This document shows positions 46,869 to 57,285 of a stretch of DNA of 64,000 nt, in pieces (positions within the stretch are counted from its first letter, which is position 1; each line of letters begins with the position of its first letter). The notes beneath the pieces are model-generated. The model ran no database searches, was not told the origin of the DNA, and saw only the letters and a program-made list of their open reading frames with translations. Source of the stretch: Bacteroidota bacterium. Its GTDB lineage: Bacteria; Bacteroidota; Bacteroidia; Bacteroidales; WCHB1-69. A program made the translations under genes and the position numbers. The stretch covers positions 6,802 through 70,801 of the forward strand of contig WQTS01000139.1 of the NCBI GenBank assembly GCA_009786185.1. Direction: 5' to 3'.

Positions 46869-48002
46869 ATGGATAATTTCATTGTTTCCGCCCGTAAATA
46901 CCGCCCATCCACATTTAACACAGTGGTAGGGCAAGATTCTATCGTTTCTACTCTCAAAAACGCAATCAAAACACAACAAGTAGCACAAGCATTTCTGTTT
47001 TGCGGTCCGCGGGGAGTGGGCAAAACCACCTGCGCCCGTATATTTGCAAAAGCACTTAACTGCCACCATCTTACTCCGGATTTTGAACCTTGCAACGAGT
47101 GTGAATCCTGCAAATCGTTCAACGCATCGGCATCTTTCAATGTGTATGAATTGGATGCCGCTTCCAATAATTCCGTAGAAGATATTCGTTCGTTAGTAGA
47201 ACAGGTGCGTATCAGTCCGCAGGGAGCCAAATTTAAAGTGTATATCATTGATGAGGTTCACATGCTTTCTAATCAAGCATTTAATGCTTTTTTAAAAACG
47301 CTGGAAGAACCTCCTGCGTATGCTAAATTTATCTTGGCAACTACGGAAAAACATAAAATTATTCCCACTATTTTATCACGTTGTCAAGTATATGATTTTA
47401 AGCGCATTGGAGATAACGACATTATGAAGCATTTGGCTTACGTAGCAAGCAATGAAGCCGTGCAAGCCGAAGAAGAAGCATTGCGCGTGGTAGCCTCAAA
47501 AGCCGACGGCGCGCTAAGGGATGCACTCTCCATTTTCGACCAGTTGGTAAGCTTCTCCGGAAAAAATATTACCTACCAAACCACCATTCAACATCTGAAT
47601 GTGTTAGATGTAGATAACTATTTTAAAATGACCGACTTTTTATTTAGCGAAGATAGCTCCGATGCACTTTTACTTTTTGATGAAATTTTAAACCGCGGTT
47701 TCGACGGACAACACTTTATTTCCGGATTGGCCGCACATTTTCGCCAGTTGTTAATGGCGCAAAACCCTGCTACCATCAAATTAATGGAGGTCTCCGATAC
47801 CGTAAAACAACGTTTTTTCGAACAAGCCAAAAAAGCCGATAAACAGTTGTTACTCCGTGGATTAGAATTAGCCAACCAGTGCGATTTTAATTACAAACTA
47901 TCTCAAAACAAACGTCTTAGCGTAGAAATCTGTTTGATGCAAATCAATGGAAATTACGTATATAAGCTAAACGCAGGCGTCAGGCAATCACGGGAGAAAT
48001 AG
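46869..48002 (+). CDS. dnaX: DNA polymerase III subunit gamma/tau, N-terminal (domains I-III, gamma-like) ORF
   Basis: AAA+ clamp-loader motifs FLFCGPRGVGKTT, Zn module CHHLTPDFEPCNECESC, YIIDEVHML, SRC motif (ILSRCQVYDF). Confidence 0.9.
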   Translation: MDNFIVSARKYRPSTFNTVVGQDSIVSTLKNAIKTQQVAQAFLFCGPRGVGKTTCARIFAKALNCHHLTPDFEPCNECESCKSFNASASFNVYELDAASNNSVEDIRSLVEQVRISPQGAKFKVYIIDEVHMLSNQAFNAFLKTLEEPPAYAKFILATTEKHKIIPTILSRCQVYDFKRIGDNDIMKHLAYVASNEAVQAEEEALRVVASKADGALRDALSIFDQLVSFSGKNITYQTTIQHLNVLDVDNYFKMTDFLFSEDSSDALLLFDEILNRGFDGQHFISGLAAHFRQLLMAQNPATIKLMEVSDTVKQRFFEQAKKADKQLLLRGLELANQCDFNYKLSQNKRLSVEICLMQINGNYVYKLNAGVRQSREK

Positions 48003-48033
48003 TGTAGAGCCCTCGCCCACCGGAGTAGGCAAT

Positions 48034-48825
48034 TTGGTGCCCTCCACCAGCCCACAGCAATCCACACGCGGATTCGTGGCGCCATCCTCCATGCCCGTAA
48101 AGAAAACACCGGATATTACCGATATTATCGGAGAGAAAGAGGTGAGCGGTAAGAGGTATAAGGTGAGCGGTGAAGAAGTAGAAAGCGAACCGATTGTAGG
48201 GGCGCAAAATCTTGCGCCCAGTGCCAAAGAAAAAGAAGGAGAGAGAAAAGATGAGAGAGAAAAGGAGAAAGAGGAAGCAAGAAGAGAAACGGAAGAAAAA
48301 TTCCTTCTCCTTTCTGAGGAGAAGGTGGCAGACGACGGCTTGCCGGCGGCTGACGGAAGAGGTGATGAAGAACAAAGTGATAAATCAACTGAAACACAAC
48401 CTCAATCGAAAGAAGAACCATTACATACCACGAACCTCGCACCGCATACCGCAACCCACACACCGCAACCCGCACCCGATTTCCCCACCCACTGGCGCAC
48501 CATGTTCAACCACGTCTTCGCATCCGTGCCCACCATCTATTTCTCATTAAAAGAAACATTACCCGAAATAGAAAACAACATCATCAAAGTCGTCGTCAAA
48601 AATGATATTCAAAAAGAACATTTTGAAGCTAAAATAAGAGACGTTTTAGAATTTTTACGCACGAATTTCAATGAACAAGTAGAAGAGATAATTGTAGAGG
48701 CTAACGAACAATTGGAAACCAAGAAAATTATTTACGATGTAAAAGACAAATTGCAAAATTTCAAAGAGCAAAACTCTGAATTTGACGATTTTATACAAAT
48801 ATTAGAACTAAAAATAAAAGACTAA
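48034..48825 (+). CDS. DnaX C-terminal (tau-specific-like) region as a separate ORF in the +1 frame
   Basis: The C-terminal roughly 110 aa (WRTMFNHVF..IYFSLKETLPEIENNIIKVVVKNDIQKEHFEAKIRDVLEFLRTNF...) resemble the conserved C-terminus of full-length Bacteroidota DnaX. The N-terminal two-thirds is repeat-derived low complexity. This frame is open from 47971. Confidence 0.6.
   Translation: MVPSTSPQQSTRGFVAPSSMPVKKTPDITDIIGEKEVSGKRYKVSGEEVESEPIVGAQNLAPSAKEKEGERKDEREKEKEEARRETEEKFLLLSEEKVADDGLPAADGRGDEEQSDKSTETQPQSKEEPLHTTNLAPHTATHTPQPAPDFPTHWRTMFNHVFASVPTIYFSLKETLPEIENNIIKVVVKNDIQKEHFEAKIRDVLEFLRTNFNEQVEEIIVEANEQLETKKIIYDVKDKLQNFKEQNSEFDDFIQILELKIKD
48128..48480. repeat. Nested composite repeat block in the dnaX linker
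   Basis: Outer GGTGAGCGGT/GGTATGCGGT-word arms (48135-48178 and 48421-48478) enclose the hairpin ggggcgcaaaatcttgcgccc, a GA-rich tract (48225-48295) and the 74-nt double-hairpin module (48295-48368). Confidence 0.8.
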
Positions 48826-51072
48826 ATGGAGATTTATTTACCTAATCCGATTTTAGAAAGGAAGACCATTTTAAGGAAATACAGAGAGTTGTGCCGTTTG
48901 CTTCCGCCGCATGCCACCAAGCAACAACGCAAACTGTTCCACAAAGCGTTTGCCTTAGCAGTTGATGCACACAAAGATATGCGCCGAAAAGGAGGAGAGC
49001 CTTACATTTATCATCCCATCGCCGTAACACAAATTGTGGCAAAGGAAATCAATTTGGGGGTTACTTCCATGATTGCTGCACTGCTTCATGATGTGGTGGA
49101 AGATACTGATTATAAGTTGAAAGACGTAGAAGCCATGTTCGGAGAAACCGTAGCTAAACTCGTAGACGGATTGACCAAAATTGAGGATATTGTCGTGGAT
49201 GTGGATCAATCAGTGCAAGCGGAAAATTTTAAGAAGATTTTGCTTTCTACTGTAGAAGATGTACGCGTTATTTTGATTAAGTTGGCAGACAGATTACATA
49301 ACATGCGAACATTGAGTGCATTACCACAAGAAAAACAATGGAAAATTTCTTCCGAAACTTCGTTCTTTTTTGTGCCCATTGCCCATCGTCTGGGACTTTA
49401 TTCCATTAAAAGTGAGCTGGAAGATTTGTCGATGAAATATAACGATCCGACAGAGTATAACAAGATTCAATACGCCCTTGAATCAACGGCTGAAGAAAGA
49501 AATACTTTGATTGAGGATTTTACCAAGCCTATTATTGAGAAGCTAAAAGAAGCGGGCATTGATGCCAATGTTACCAGCAGAACCAAATCTGTTTATTCCA
49601 TTCATCAAAAAATGATTCGGCAAAAAATCAATTTTGAAGATATTTACGACATTTTTGCGGTGCGCTTTGTATTTGATTCACCTCCTGAAGAAGAAAAAAA
49701 TATTTGTTGGCGCATTCATACTGTAGTTACAGAACTTTACAAAACCAATCAATCGCGGGAAAGGAATTTTCTTACGAATCCCAAACCAAACGGGTATCAA
49801 TCATTGCATATTACTGCCATGAGTAAAACCGGAAAATGGGTGGAAGTACAAATTCGCTCGCAACGTATGGATGAAATTGCGGAAAAAGGACTTGCGGCAC
49901 ACTTCAAATACAAAGAAGAAAATAAAAGCCCGCAAGAATACGAAAACCGTGTGGAAGAGTGGCTTACAAAAATTCGAAGCATGTTAAAAAGTGAAGACAC
50001 CACCGCTTTGGAATTTTTAAACGAAGTAAAGTTGAATCTCAATCTGAAAGAAGTGATCGTATTTACGCCCACAGGAGAAAGAAAAGTATTGCCTGCCGGG
50101 GCAACCGTGCTCGATTTTGCTTACGATCTGCACACCAATCTCGGGAACCATTGCATTGGCGCAAAAGTAAATTATAACATTGTGCCCATTGACTATGTGC
50201 TTCGCAATGGCGACCAGCTTCAAATTATTACATCAAAAAAACAAATCCCTAAACCGGAATGGATTACTTATGTAAAAACGGTGCATGCCCGTGAAAAAAT
50301 TAAGGAAGCTTTTCGCGAAGAGCATAAAAAGAAAGAGGTGAAAGGAAAAAAAATATTAGCCGAAATTTTTGCTTCATTAAACATTGAAAATAATGCTTCT
50401 AATATAGGGCGCGTGCAAGCCGATGCCAGAATTTTATCGCCTTACGAATTTTGGAATTGCATCGCAGAAGGAACCATTACCAAAGATCGTATCCGCAAAA
50501 TTTTTAGAAAAAAATCTTCCAATACAAGCGCCATTGACGATTTCAGAAAGAAAATCACCAATCATTTGCAAGACAAAAAGATTGACACACTTATAGAAGA
50601 ACAGTTGGAGAAAAAACCGGAAGTTTTTTTGTTAGATGAAACCTCCGATGTGATTCGTTACGTGCTTGCCGAATGCTGCAGCCCCATTCCGGGCGACCAA
50701 GTGATGGGCTTTCAAATTACAAACGATACGATAGAAGTGCACCAAACCAAATGTCCGCATGCAATTGAGCAAATGTCAAAATTTGGAAACCGTATCATTA
50801 AAGCAAAGTGGCGCGAGGGATTAAACTTGGCATTCTTATCCGGTATCCGGGTTTCCGGCTTCGATAGAAAAGGAATGCTCAAAGAGATTATCGATGTTGT
50901 ATATTCTCAAATGGATTTGAACATCAGATCGTTCGACTTTTGGTCGAAGAGTAATACTTTTACGGGAAAATTAATGCTGTATATTCAAAACGTGAAGGCA
51001 TTGAATGAGTTAATTGAAAATTTATCCAAAATAGATCAAGTAGAAAAAGTAGAGCGCATTGCGCCTGAATAA
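48826..51072 (+). CDS. spoT: Bifunctional (p)ppGpp synthetase/hydrolase, RelA/SpoT family
   Basis: HD hydrolase motif (LLHDVVEDT), synthetase domain (..[16 protein letters not shown]), TGS and ACT-like C-terminus. Confidence 0.9.
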   Translation: MEIYLPNPILERKTILRKYRELCRLLPPHATKQQRKLFHKAFALAVDAHKDMRRKGGEPYIYHPIAVTQIVAKEINLGVTSMIAALLHDVVEDTDYKLKDVEAMFGETVAKLVDGLTKIEDIVVDVDQSVQAENFKKILLSTVEDVRVILIKLADRLHNMRTLSALPQEKQWKISSETSFFFVPIAHRLGLYSIKSELEDLSMKYNDPTEYNKIQYALESTAEERNTLIEDFTKPIIEKLKEAGIDANVTSRTKSVYSIHQKMIRQKINFEDIYDIFAVRFVFDSPPEEEKNICWRIHTVVTELYKTNQSRERNFLTNPKPNGYQSLHITAMSKTGKWVEVQIRSQRMDEIAEKGLAAHFKYKEENKSPQEYENRVEEWLTKIRSMLKSEDTTALEFLNEVKLNLNLKEVIVFTPTGERKVLPAGATVLDFAYDLHTNLGNHCIGAKVNYNIVPIDYVLRNGDQLQIITSKKQIPKPEWITYVKTVHAREKIKEAFREEHKKKEVKGKKILAEIFASLNIENNASNIGRVQADARILSPYEFWNCIAEGTITKDRIRKIFRKKSSNTSAIDDFRKKITNHLQDKKIDTLIEEQLEKKPEVFLLDETSDVIRYVLAECCSPIPGDQVMGFQITNDTIEVHQTKCPHAIEQMSKFGNRIIKAKWREGLNLAFLSGIRVSGFDRKGMLKEIIDVVYSQMDLNIRSFDFWSKSNTFTGKLMLYIQNVKALNELIENLSKIDQVEKVERIAPE

Positions 51073-51082
51073 AGAAAAGAAT

Positions 51083-52162
51083 ATGAACATATTAGAAAAA
51101 TTAGAAGCCATTTACCAACGCTGGTTGTCTATCGGCGAAGAAATTACACAACCCGATGTGATGTCGGATATGAAGCGGTACATTAAATTGAATAAAGATT
51201 ATAAAGATTTAACCTCCGTTGTGGAAGCCTACAAAGAGTATAAAAATGTGCTCGAAAATATTGATAATACGAAAGATGTCATCGCTAACGAGAAAGATGA
51301 AGAGTTTCGTGAAATGGCAAAATTGGAGCTTGATGCCTTTTTAACGCGCCGCGACGAGTTGGAAGAAGAGATCCGGCTATTGCTGCTTCCGTCTGACCCG
51401 CAAGACAGCAAAAGTGCGCAAGTAGAAATCCGTGCGGGAACCGGCGGCGACGAAGCCAGCATTTTTGCCGGAGATTTGTTCCGCATGTACCAACATTATT
51501 GCGATAAAAAAGGTTGGAAATTAGAAGTAATCTCCATGACCGAAGGTACCGTAGGCGGCTTTAAAGAGGTTGTATTTGAAGTGCTTGGAGAAGGGGTTTA
51601 CGGATTAATGAAGTACGAATCGGGCGTGCACCGCGTGCAGCGTGTACCTCAAACCGAATCGCAAGGACGCGTGCATACCTCTGCCGCTTCTGTGGTTGTA
51701 CTTCCCGAAGCCGACGAGTTTGATGTGGAATTGAAGCAGAGCGACATCCGGAAAGATACGTATTGTTCTTCCGGTCCGGGAGGACAATCTGTAAATACTA
51801 CCTATTCCGCGGTGCGCCTCACCCACGTTCCTACCGGCATTGTAGTAGCTATTCAAGACGAAAAATCGCAATTGAAAAACTTGGAAAAAGCGATGCGTGT
51901 ACTGCGTAACCGACTGTTTGAACGTGAATACCAAAAGTGGCTGGATGAGGTGGCATCAAAACGCAAAACGATGGTCTCTACCGGCGACCGTTCTGCAAAA
52001 ATCAGAACTTACAATTATCCGCAAAACCGTCTTACCGATCACCGCATAAATCTAACAATGTACAATTTAGCAGGTTTTATGGATGGTGACATTCAAGATA
52101 CCATTGAGGCGTTGCAAGTGGCGGAAAATGCGGAACGGCTAAAGGAGGCGGTAGAGGTTTAA
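51083..52162 (+). CDS. prfA: Peptide chain release factor 1
   Basis: GGQ motif ([11 protein letters not shown]), PxT-type motif ([14 protein letters not shown]). ATG at 51083; the track start at 51059 is a TTG overlapping the upstream gene. Confidence 0.9.
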   Translation: MNILEKLEAIYQRWLSIGEEITQPDVMSDMKRYIKLNKDYKDLTSVVEAYKEYKNVLENIDNTKDVIANEKDEEFREMAKLELDAFLTRRDELEEEIRLLLLPSDPQDSKSAQVEIRAGTGGDEASIFAGDLFRMYQHYCDKKGWKLEVISMTEGTVGGFKEVVFEVLGEGVYGLMKYESGVHRVQRVPQTESQGRVHTSAASVVVLPEADEFDVELKQSDIRKDTYCSSGPGGQSVNTTYSAVRLTHVPTGIVVAIQDEKSQLKNLEKAMRVLRNRLFEREYQKWLDEVASKRKTMVSTGDRSAKIRTYNYPQNRLTDHRINLTMYNLAGFMDGDIQDTIEALQVAENAERLKEAVEV

Positions 52163-53272
52163 TATTGTATCCGTCATTTTTTCCCAATCGTATTTTTCTT
52201 TCTCTATTTTGCAATTTTCAATGAATGAGGATTCATTGTTTTGGTCGTAAAAATCAACTAAAGCATCAGCAATTTCCTTTTCATCGGGATTAACAACGTA
52301 GCCTACTTTTCCGTGAGGCACGATTTCTGCCAAGCCGCCCACATCGGTTACTAACATCGGTTTTTCAAAATGATAAGCAATTTGCGTCACGCCGCTTTGC
52401 GTAGCGGTTTTGTAAGGTTGCGCTACCAAATCGCAGGCGCTGAAATACAGATTTACTTTGCTGTCGGGAATGAAGTCATTGAATAACAAAATTTTATCTT
52501 CCAGACTATTATCATTGATAATTTCTAAATATGTTTTTTCATCTTCATAAAATTCGCCGGCTATTAAAAGTTTTAGAGGAAGTTTTTTTACTCTTTCATC
52601 TGAAAAAGCTTTCAATAACAAATCCAATCCTTTGTAAGCGCGAATAAATCCGAAGAAAAGTACATAATGCATTTGTGCATCTAAATTTAAAATCTGTTTG
52701 GCTTCATTTTTAGGCAGTAATGTTCCGTAATGATCGTAAATGGGATGTGGCGAAAAGGCTTTCGGTTTGTTTTTTTTATCAAATTTATCAATATCTTTTA
52801 AAACAGACTCAGATAGAGAAACAAAGGCGTCTGTATTTTTTACATAACATCCGGGAAAAATTTTGTCTAACAGAGAAGGCTCATGAGGTACCATATTGTG
52901 CACCAACCCAACTATTTTCGTTTTTTTATTTTTTCTTATTAACGATGCAATAGTACCTAAACATGGCGCCATGAACGACATCCAATAAGGAATAATTACT
53001 AGTTCGGGCGCTTTTCTACGGATCTCCCTTCCTATTTTCAGCCAATTTAACGGATTGATGGAGTTTATCTTTTGAAAAATTTTAAGTCCTTCGGACGCAG
53101 GATCGTTAGAGTATTGTGTTCTTCCCGGAAACAAAAACGATGGGTATTGTAACGTAAACGTATAAATCTCAACTTCGTGTCCCTCTTTAATAAATTGTTG
53201 TGCCAAACGTTCATTAAACGCGGCAATACCACCGCGATAAGGATATGCCGTACCGATAATGATGATTTTCAC
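52139..53272 (-). CDS. Glycosyltransferase family 4 (GT-B fold)
   Basis: N-terminal [17 protein letters not shown] and C-terminal E-x7-E-like region (..[34 protein letters not shown]..). Confidence 0.8.
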   Translation of the reverse strand: MKIIIIGTAYPYRGGIAAFNERLAQQFIKEGHEVEIYTFTLQYPSFLFPGRTQYSNDPASEGLKIFQKINSINPLNWLKIGREIRRKAPELVIIPYWMSFMAPCLGTIASLIRKNKKTKIVGLVHNMVPHEPSLLDKIFPGCYVKNTDAFVSLSESVLKDIDKFDKKNKPKAFSPHPIYDHYGTLLPKNEAKQILNLDAQMHYVLFFGFIRAYKGLDLLLKAFSDERVKKLPLKLLIAGEFYEDEKTYLEIINDNSLEDKILLFNDFIPDSKVNLYFSACDLVAQPYKTATQSGVTQIAYHFEKPMLVTDVGGLAEIVPHGKVGYVVNPDEKEIADALVDFYDQNNESSFIENCKIEKEKYDWEKMTDTILNLYRLL

Positions 53273-53475
53273 TTTGTAAAAGTTTTGGGCAAAAGTAATG
53301 AAAATATTAAATAAGATATTCCCATTTTTCTTCGAAATTCTTCAAAATTCATTTGTCTCAAAATTTGTATTTTTTCAAAAACTGCATTTTTGGGCAACTT
53401 TTCTGCTTCAAAATCGGTTTTTTGTACAATTTCAAAGTTCTGAATGTAAGGAAATTAATATTACATTTGCCCACA

Positions 53476-53569
53476 TTGAACCATGATTTTAACAAGATGA
53501 TTAAAATGCGCAAGATTATGAGTTCTTAATCATGGAAATCTTGTAAATCTTAATAAAATCATGGTTCAA
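53476..53569. mobile_element. 94-bp MITE-like element with perfect 16-bp terminal inverted repeats
   Basis: ttgaaccatgatttta (53476-53491) is the exact reverse complement of taaaatcatggttcaa (53554-53569). There is an inner imperfect palindrome acaagatgattaa/ttaatcat..atcttgt. A relative lies at 2011-2055. Confidence 0.6.
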
Positions 53570-53599
53570 ACTTAATTACTAACCTTAAATCAAAGAAAC

Positions 53600-54223
53600 A
53601 TGAACGAAAATGAAAAACTCACATGGGACGACATTAAAGCAATGTTCGCCGAAACAGCCAAACGGTCTAAAGAAACTGACAAACAACTTGACAAAGTCAA
53701 AAAATTAGTTAGCGAGACCACTCGACAGATGAAAGAAACAGACAAAAAAATAGTGAAAATGAACGAAGATTCAAAGCAAAAAATTGACGAACTTAATCGT
53801 CAATTGGGAGGAATATCAAAAAGTAACGGTGATATGGCAGAAGATTTTTTCTTCAATGCCTTTAGAAAAGATAAAATTTTTATGGGCGAAAAGTATGATC
53901 GAATTCACAAAGGGTATTTTAGTTCTGTTGACCCTTATCGAAATGAATATGATATTGTTTTTTTTAATGGGAAAAACATTGCCATAATTGAAGTAAAATA
54001 TAAAGCCAAACCAAGTAACATTGATGTTGAACATCTTAAGTCGAGGATTGAACATTTTAAAAAATACGCTAAGGAGTACAAAAATCATAACATTATTTTG
54101 GGGGTTGCTGCCATGTCGTTTAAAAGCGGATTTGCGACAAAGTTGCATGAAGAGGGTATCGTTACGATACATCCCGTGGGTAAGAAAATGGTGATATATG
54201 ATAAGGAGGCGAAGAGGTTTTAA
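53600..54223 (+). CDS. Coiled-coil protein with C-terminal PD-(D/E)XK-nuclease-like motif
   Basis: The N-terminal roughly 70 aa are Lys/Glu-rich heptad-like. C-terminal YDIVFFNGKNIAIIEVKYKAK fits D..(E/Q)xK of the restriction-endonuclease fold. Confidence 0.45.
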   Translation: MNENEKLTWDDIKAMFAETAKRSKETDKQLDKVKKLVSETTRQMKETDKKIVKMNEDSKQKIDELNRQLGGISKSNGDMAEDFFFNAFRKDKIFMGEKYDRIHKGYFSSVDPYRNEYDIVFFNGKNIAIIEVKYKAKPSNIDVEHLKSRIEHFKKYAKEYKNHNIILGVAAMSFKSGFATKLHEEGIVTIHPVGKKMVIYDKEAKRF

Positions 54224-54273
54224 TTTTGTAATACGAAAAAAACTATTTTTACAAATTCAAAACAAGATAAAAA

Positions 54274-54708
54274 ATGAAACCCTGTAACATTGTAAACCAA
54301 TCGAATAACCCACTGCCTTTTTACAGTACCGAACATTCTGCCGGAATGGATTTGCGCGCCTTTTTACCGGAACCGGTAGTTTTGCAGCCCATGGCACGCG
54401 CCTTAATTCCTACCGGATTGTTTATTGAAGTGCCCGAAGGTTACGAAGCGCAAGTGCGTCCCAGAAGTGGGTTGGCTATAAAAAACGGCATTACCGTTCT
54501 AAATTCTCCCGGAACTATTGATGCCGACTACCGCGGCGAAGTAAAAGTAGTCCTCATTAATTTTTCTAATGAGCCATTTACCATACAAAACGGCGATCGT
54601 ATTGCACAAATGGTGATTGCCAAATATGAAGAAATTGTATGGTATCAGGTAGAACAACTATCAGAAACGGAACGCGGAGCCGGAGGTTTTGGTAGTAGCG
54701 GTATCTAA
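54274..54708 (+). CDS. dut: dUTP diphosphatase
   Basis: Motifs [25 protein letters not shown] and [11 protein letters not shown]. Confidence 0.95.
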   Translation: MKPCNIVNQSNNPLPFYSTEHSAGMDLRAFLPEPVVLQPMARALIPTGLFIEVPEGYEAQVRPRSGLAIKNGITVLNSPGTIDADYRGEVKVVLINFSNEPFTIQNGDRIAQMVIAKYEEIVWYQVEQLSETERGAGGFGSSGI

Positions 54709-55629
54709 TATCAACATCATCTCTTTTGCTGCCAAGCCACACCAAACACCCAAGCATTTTTCACCGGTACTGCTTGTAATATTGGAAATGATTGGAGTAG
54801 GTGACATGAACGGATTTTGTCCAAAAGTAAGCTCCCCGTTGGCGCTGTGCCAAAAGCGATATGCACCGTGATCCAAGCGTGCATACTTCAAGTACACTGT
54901 ATCGCCCATCCGGTAGTTGCCTCTTAAATAGCGACGTAGTTCCCGTTCGGTCATTTCCGGCATGAAAATAGTAGAAGGTGCGCCTCTAACAATTTCATAA
55001 TTAAAAGTTTGCCCTCTAAAAGGCGAGTTGTCAAAGACGGCGGGAAGTGTAGTAATCCACAACCGGTCTTGGAATTGTTCGCAATGGATTTTTACTTTAA
55101 ATTGGTAATAGTTATCGCTTTGCCCATCATCAGTCATCTGAATGCGCAAATTAGCAACCGAATCAATTTCCGTGCGTCCAAAACGCGGCACAAAACCCAC
55201 ACTGTCCAAATCAAAAGTCTCTAATATAGAGGTTTCCGAAGTGTAAATTTTTTCGCCCCATTCAATTCTCAATGTGTATGAAGTATTTAATTCGCCTCTA
55301 AAAGACCCGCTCATAAATCGATTTGTCGTATAGGCAAAAAACAAAGGCGCTTCAGGAGAAGATATGAAATAAAGTTCCTGCGTTTGCCCTTTACTTGAAG
55401 TAACAAAAACCTTAGCATCTCTAATAACTACGTGATCAAGCAAATAATCCAACGACATAGTAGAAAAATAAGGAACACTTCTATACAAAGAAACCATAGG
55501 ATATTGGTCATTTTCAATATAGCCTTCCACCACAAGTTTATTGTAATAGGTAGGAATATTTACCTCTATCTCCGTTTGGCATGAAAAGAATAAGATAATC
55601 GTAAGTAATAGAAAACAAATCCTTTTCAT
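54661..55629 (-). CDS. DUF4249 family lipoprotein
   Basis: Lipobox FFSCQ, ...[20 protein letters not shown]..., C-terminal ...[10 protein letters not shown] pattern of DUF4249. Confidence 0.65.
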   Translation of the reverse strand: MKRICFLLLTIILFFSCQTEIEVNIPTYYNKLVVEGYIENDQYPMVSLYRSVPYFSTMSLDYLLDHVVIRDAKVFVTSSKGQTQELYFISSPEAPLFFAYTTNRFMSGSFRGELNTSYTLRIEWGEKIYTSETSILETFDLDSVGFVPRFGRTEIDSVANLRIQMTDDGQSDNYYQFKVKIHCEQFQDRLWITTLPAVFDNSPFRGQTFNYEIVRGAPSTIFMPEMTERELRRYLRGNYRMGDTVYLKYARLDHGAYRFWHSANGELTFGQNPFMSPTPIISNITSSTGEKCLGVWCGLAAKEMMLILDTATTKTSGSAFRF

Positions 55630-55630
55630 A

Positions 55631-56824
55631 TTATAATTTTATCAATTTTTCGGTGTGAATAATTTGATTGCCGCTGGTTAAACGTACAAAATAGATGCCT
55701 GCAGGTAGATGGAAAATATTGATGGTATTTTGTAGAGACAAAAGATTTTTCGCTCCTACATTTTTGCCGTAAACATCAAATATCTCTACATTTTCAATCT
55801 GTAATCCGCAATTTTTAATTCGTAATTCTCCCGTGGTGGGATTCGGATAAATCAAAATCTCATCCTTTTCATAATTCTTAACCTCCACGCCGAAACTGAA
55901 AGGCGTATAAGAATAATTTGCCGATTCCACAAAACGAATATCTCCTCCGCAATCAGAAATCCAATATTCATCCCGAACTAATTTCTCATTGGGCTGAAAC
56001 CAATTAAAATTAAGTCTGTCGAATTGGTAGACATTTGGAAATAATATAGTTTCGCTCTCTTTTGTAACTTCAAGATGATACAAATATTTATCTACGGGGA
56101 TTGAATTCCATTCATAATATCCGAGATAGTAAGCACGCTCTGTTAATTCTTGACTATCATTGTAAGTAAAAACGTAGCGCCAATCTTTCATAAAATCTTC
56201 GCCATGTAATTTTTCATTTGAATAGGTCAAAAGATTACCAAAATCATCATATTCAAATTCAAAAGTTTCTGAGTGTAACCACGAACTACTACCTACTATC
56301 CAAGCATGTTGTTTAATTTGGAAAAGCTGATGTTCTTTATCATAAAAGAAATCTTGTTTGATATTATTAAATTCCTGTCCACCACTGGAAATGAGCTGTA
56401 CGAGAATGGTTTCTAAAAACGTATCTTGATAAGTATAAAATAATTGCTCAACAGGCCTAAACCCCGCACCATAATCTTCATAAGTTTTCTTTACAATTAT
56501 TTGGTTATTATCGTTATACTCATTTTCTTCATAGTATGAAAAATTCCAAACACTAAGATTTTTACTATACTTTTTAAGCAAAGTAAGGTTGTCGCTCTCA
56601 TCATATTCGTATTCAAATTTATAACTCAAATAGTCATTACTAGGGACCACTTTCGTTTCGGAGATTACATATCCGTATTCATTGTACTCAAAATGAATTA
56701 CAAAAGAGGGAGTTTCTATTTGGGTTAATGCCAAAACATCTTCTGAAACAATTTTACTTTGCGAAATAGCACCGAGATGGTTAATAAACAAAAAAACAGA
56801 CAATAGAAAAATTCTATAATTCAT
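55631..56824 (-). CDS. T9SS cargo protein with YD-like repeats (paralog-like of 17636..18664)
   Basis: Repeats YEYDESDNLTLL and FEYDDFGNLLTY. Type-A CTD IYPNPTTGELRI..IFDVYGKN..AGIYFVRL. Confidence 0.7.
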   Translation of the reverse strand: MNYRIFLLSVFLFINHLGAISQSKIVSEDVLALTQIETPSFVIHFEYNEYGYVISETKVVPSNDYLSYKFEYEYDESDNLTLLKKYSKNLSVWNFSYYEENEYNDNNQIIVKKTYEDYGAGFRPVEQLFYTYQDTFLETILVQLISSGGQEFNNIKQDFFYDKEHQLFQIKQHAWIVGSSSWLHSETFEFEYDDFGNLLTYSNEKLHGEDFMKDWRYVFTYNDSQELTERAYYLGYYEWNSIPVDKYLYHLEVTKESETILFPNVYQFDRLNFNWFQPNEKLVRDEYWISDCGGDIRFVESANYSYTPFSFGVEVKNYEKDEILIYPNPTTGELRIKNCGLQIENVEIFDVYGKNVGAKNLLSLQNTINIFHLPAGIYFVRLTSGNQIIHTEKLIKL

Positions 56825-56916
56825 ACAGAGCAGGTTTAAATATTAAAAAATTGACGCGAAAATAAACAACATTCTTTAACATCAAAAGAATTATCTATTT
56901 TTTCTATTTTTGTGCC

Positions 56917-57285
56917 ATGAACAAAACGCGTTTTTTTAAATGGATTTTCTTGTTTTTAATAGGATGTTGCGCTTGCAGCAATCTTACAAAAAACAAGGCT
57001 TCAAACATACTTCCCATGGATTCGGTAGCGGTTATGATTGCCGAATGCTTTTTATTAGAAAGTGAAATTTATGTTTATCAATGGACATATAATGTAACAG
57101 ACTATTCATTAGCAAAATATGATTCATTTTTTAAAAAACACGAAATTACGCCGGAGATATTTATGCAAAATGTTAGATATTATCTTACCAGTAACAAATA
57201 CGCCGATAAAATGATGGGTAAAGTGGAAGAAATTGTTGATCAACAGGCTGTTGCTATGAGAGATTCTTTAAATATAGAACTATAA
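56917..57285 (+). CDS. DUF4296 family lipoprotein
   Basis: Lipobox (LIGCCAC). MDSVAVMIAECFLLESEI... pattern of DUF4296. Confidence 0.6.
   Translation: MNKTRFFKWIFLFLIGCCACSNLTKNKASNILPMDSVAVMIAECFLLESEIYVYQWTYNVTDYSLAKYDSFFKKHEITPEIFMQNVRYYLTSNKYADKMMGKVEEIVDQQAVAMRDSLNIEL

Noticed and set aside
47980-48550. ORFs 47980..48375(-), 47988..48227(-), 48125..48475(-) and 48212..48550(+) in the dnaX linker
   Set aside because: These are artefacts of GA/CT-rich and palindromic repeats. The peptides are low complexity (FFFF, KRKKE) with no independent support.
51059-51083. TTG-extended start of prfA overlapping rel/spoT, and a possible RF2-type programmed frameshift
   Set aside because: The ATG at 51083 gives the canonical RF1 N-terminus ([10 protein letters not shown]...). 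The protein has RF1-type features and a single uninterrupted frame.
53298-53486. ORF 53298..53486 (62 aa, Phe-rich)
   Set aside because: It lies in AT-rich intergenic DNA with a promoter-like box. The peptide is low complexity and has no motif.
54661-54708. 48-nt convergent 3-prime overlap of dut and the DUF4249 gene (and 24 nt for prfA/glycosyltransferase at 52139-52162)
   Set aside because: Both partners are well supported. The overlaps only reflect late stop codons in compact convergent pairs, and nothing else is unusual there.
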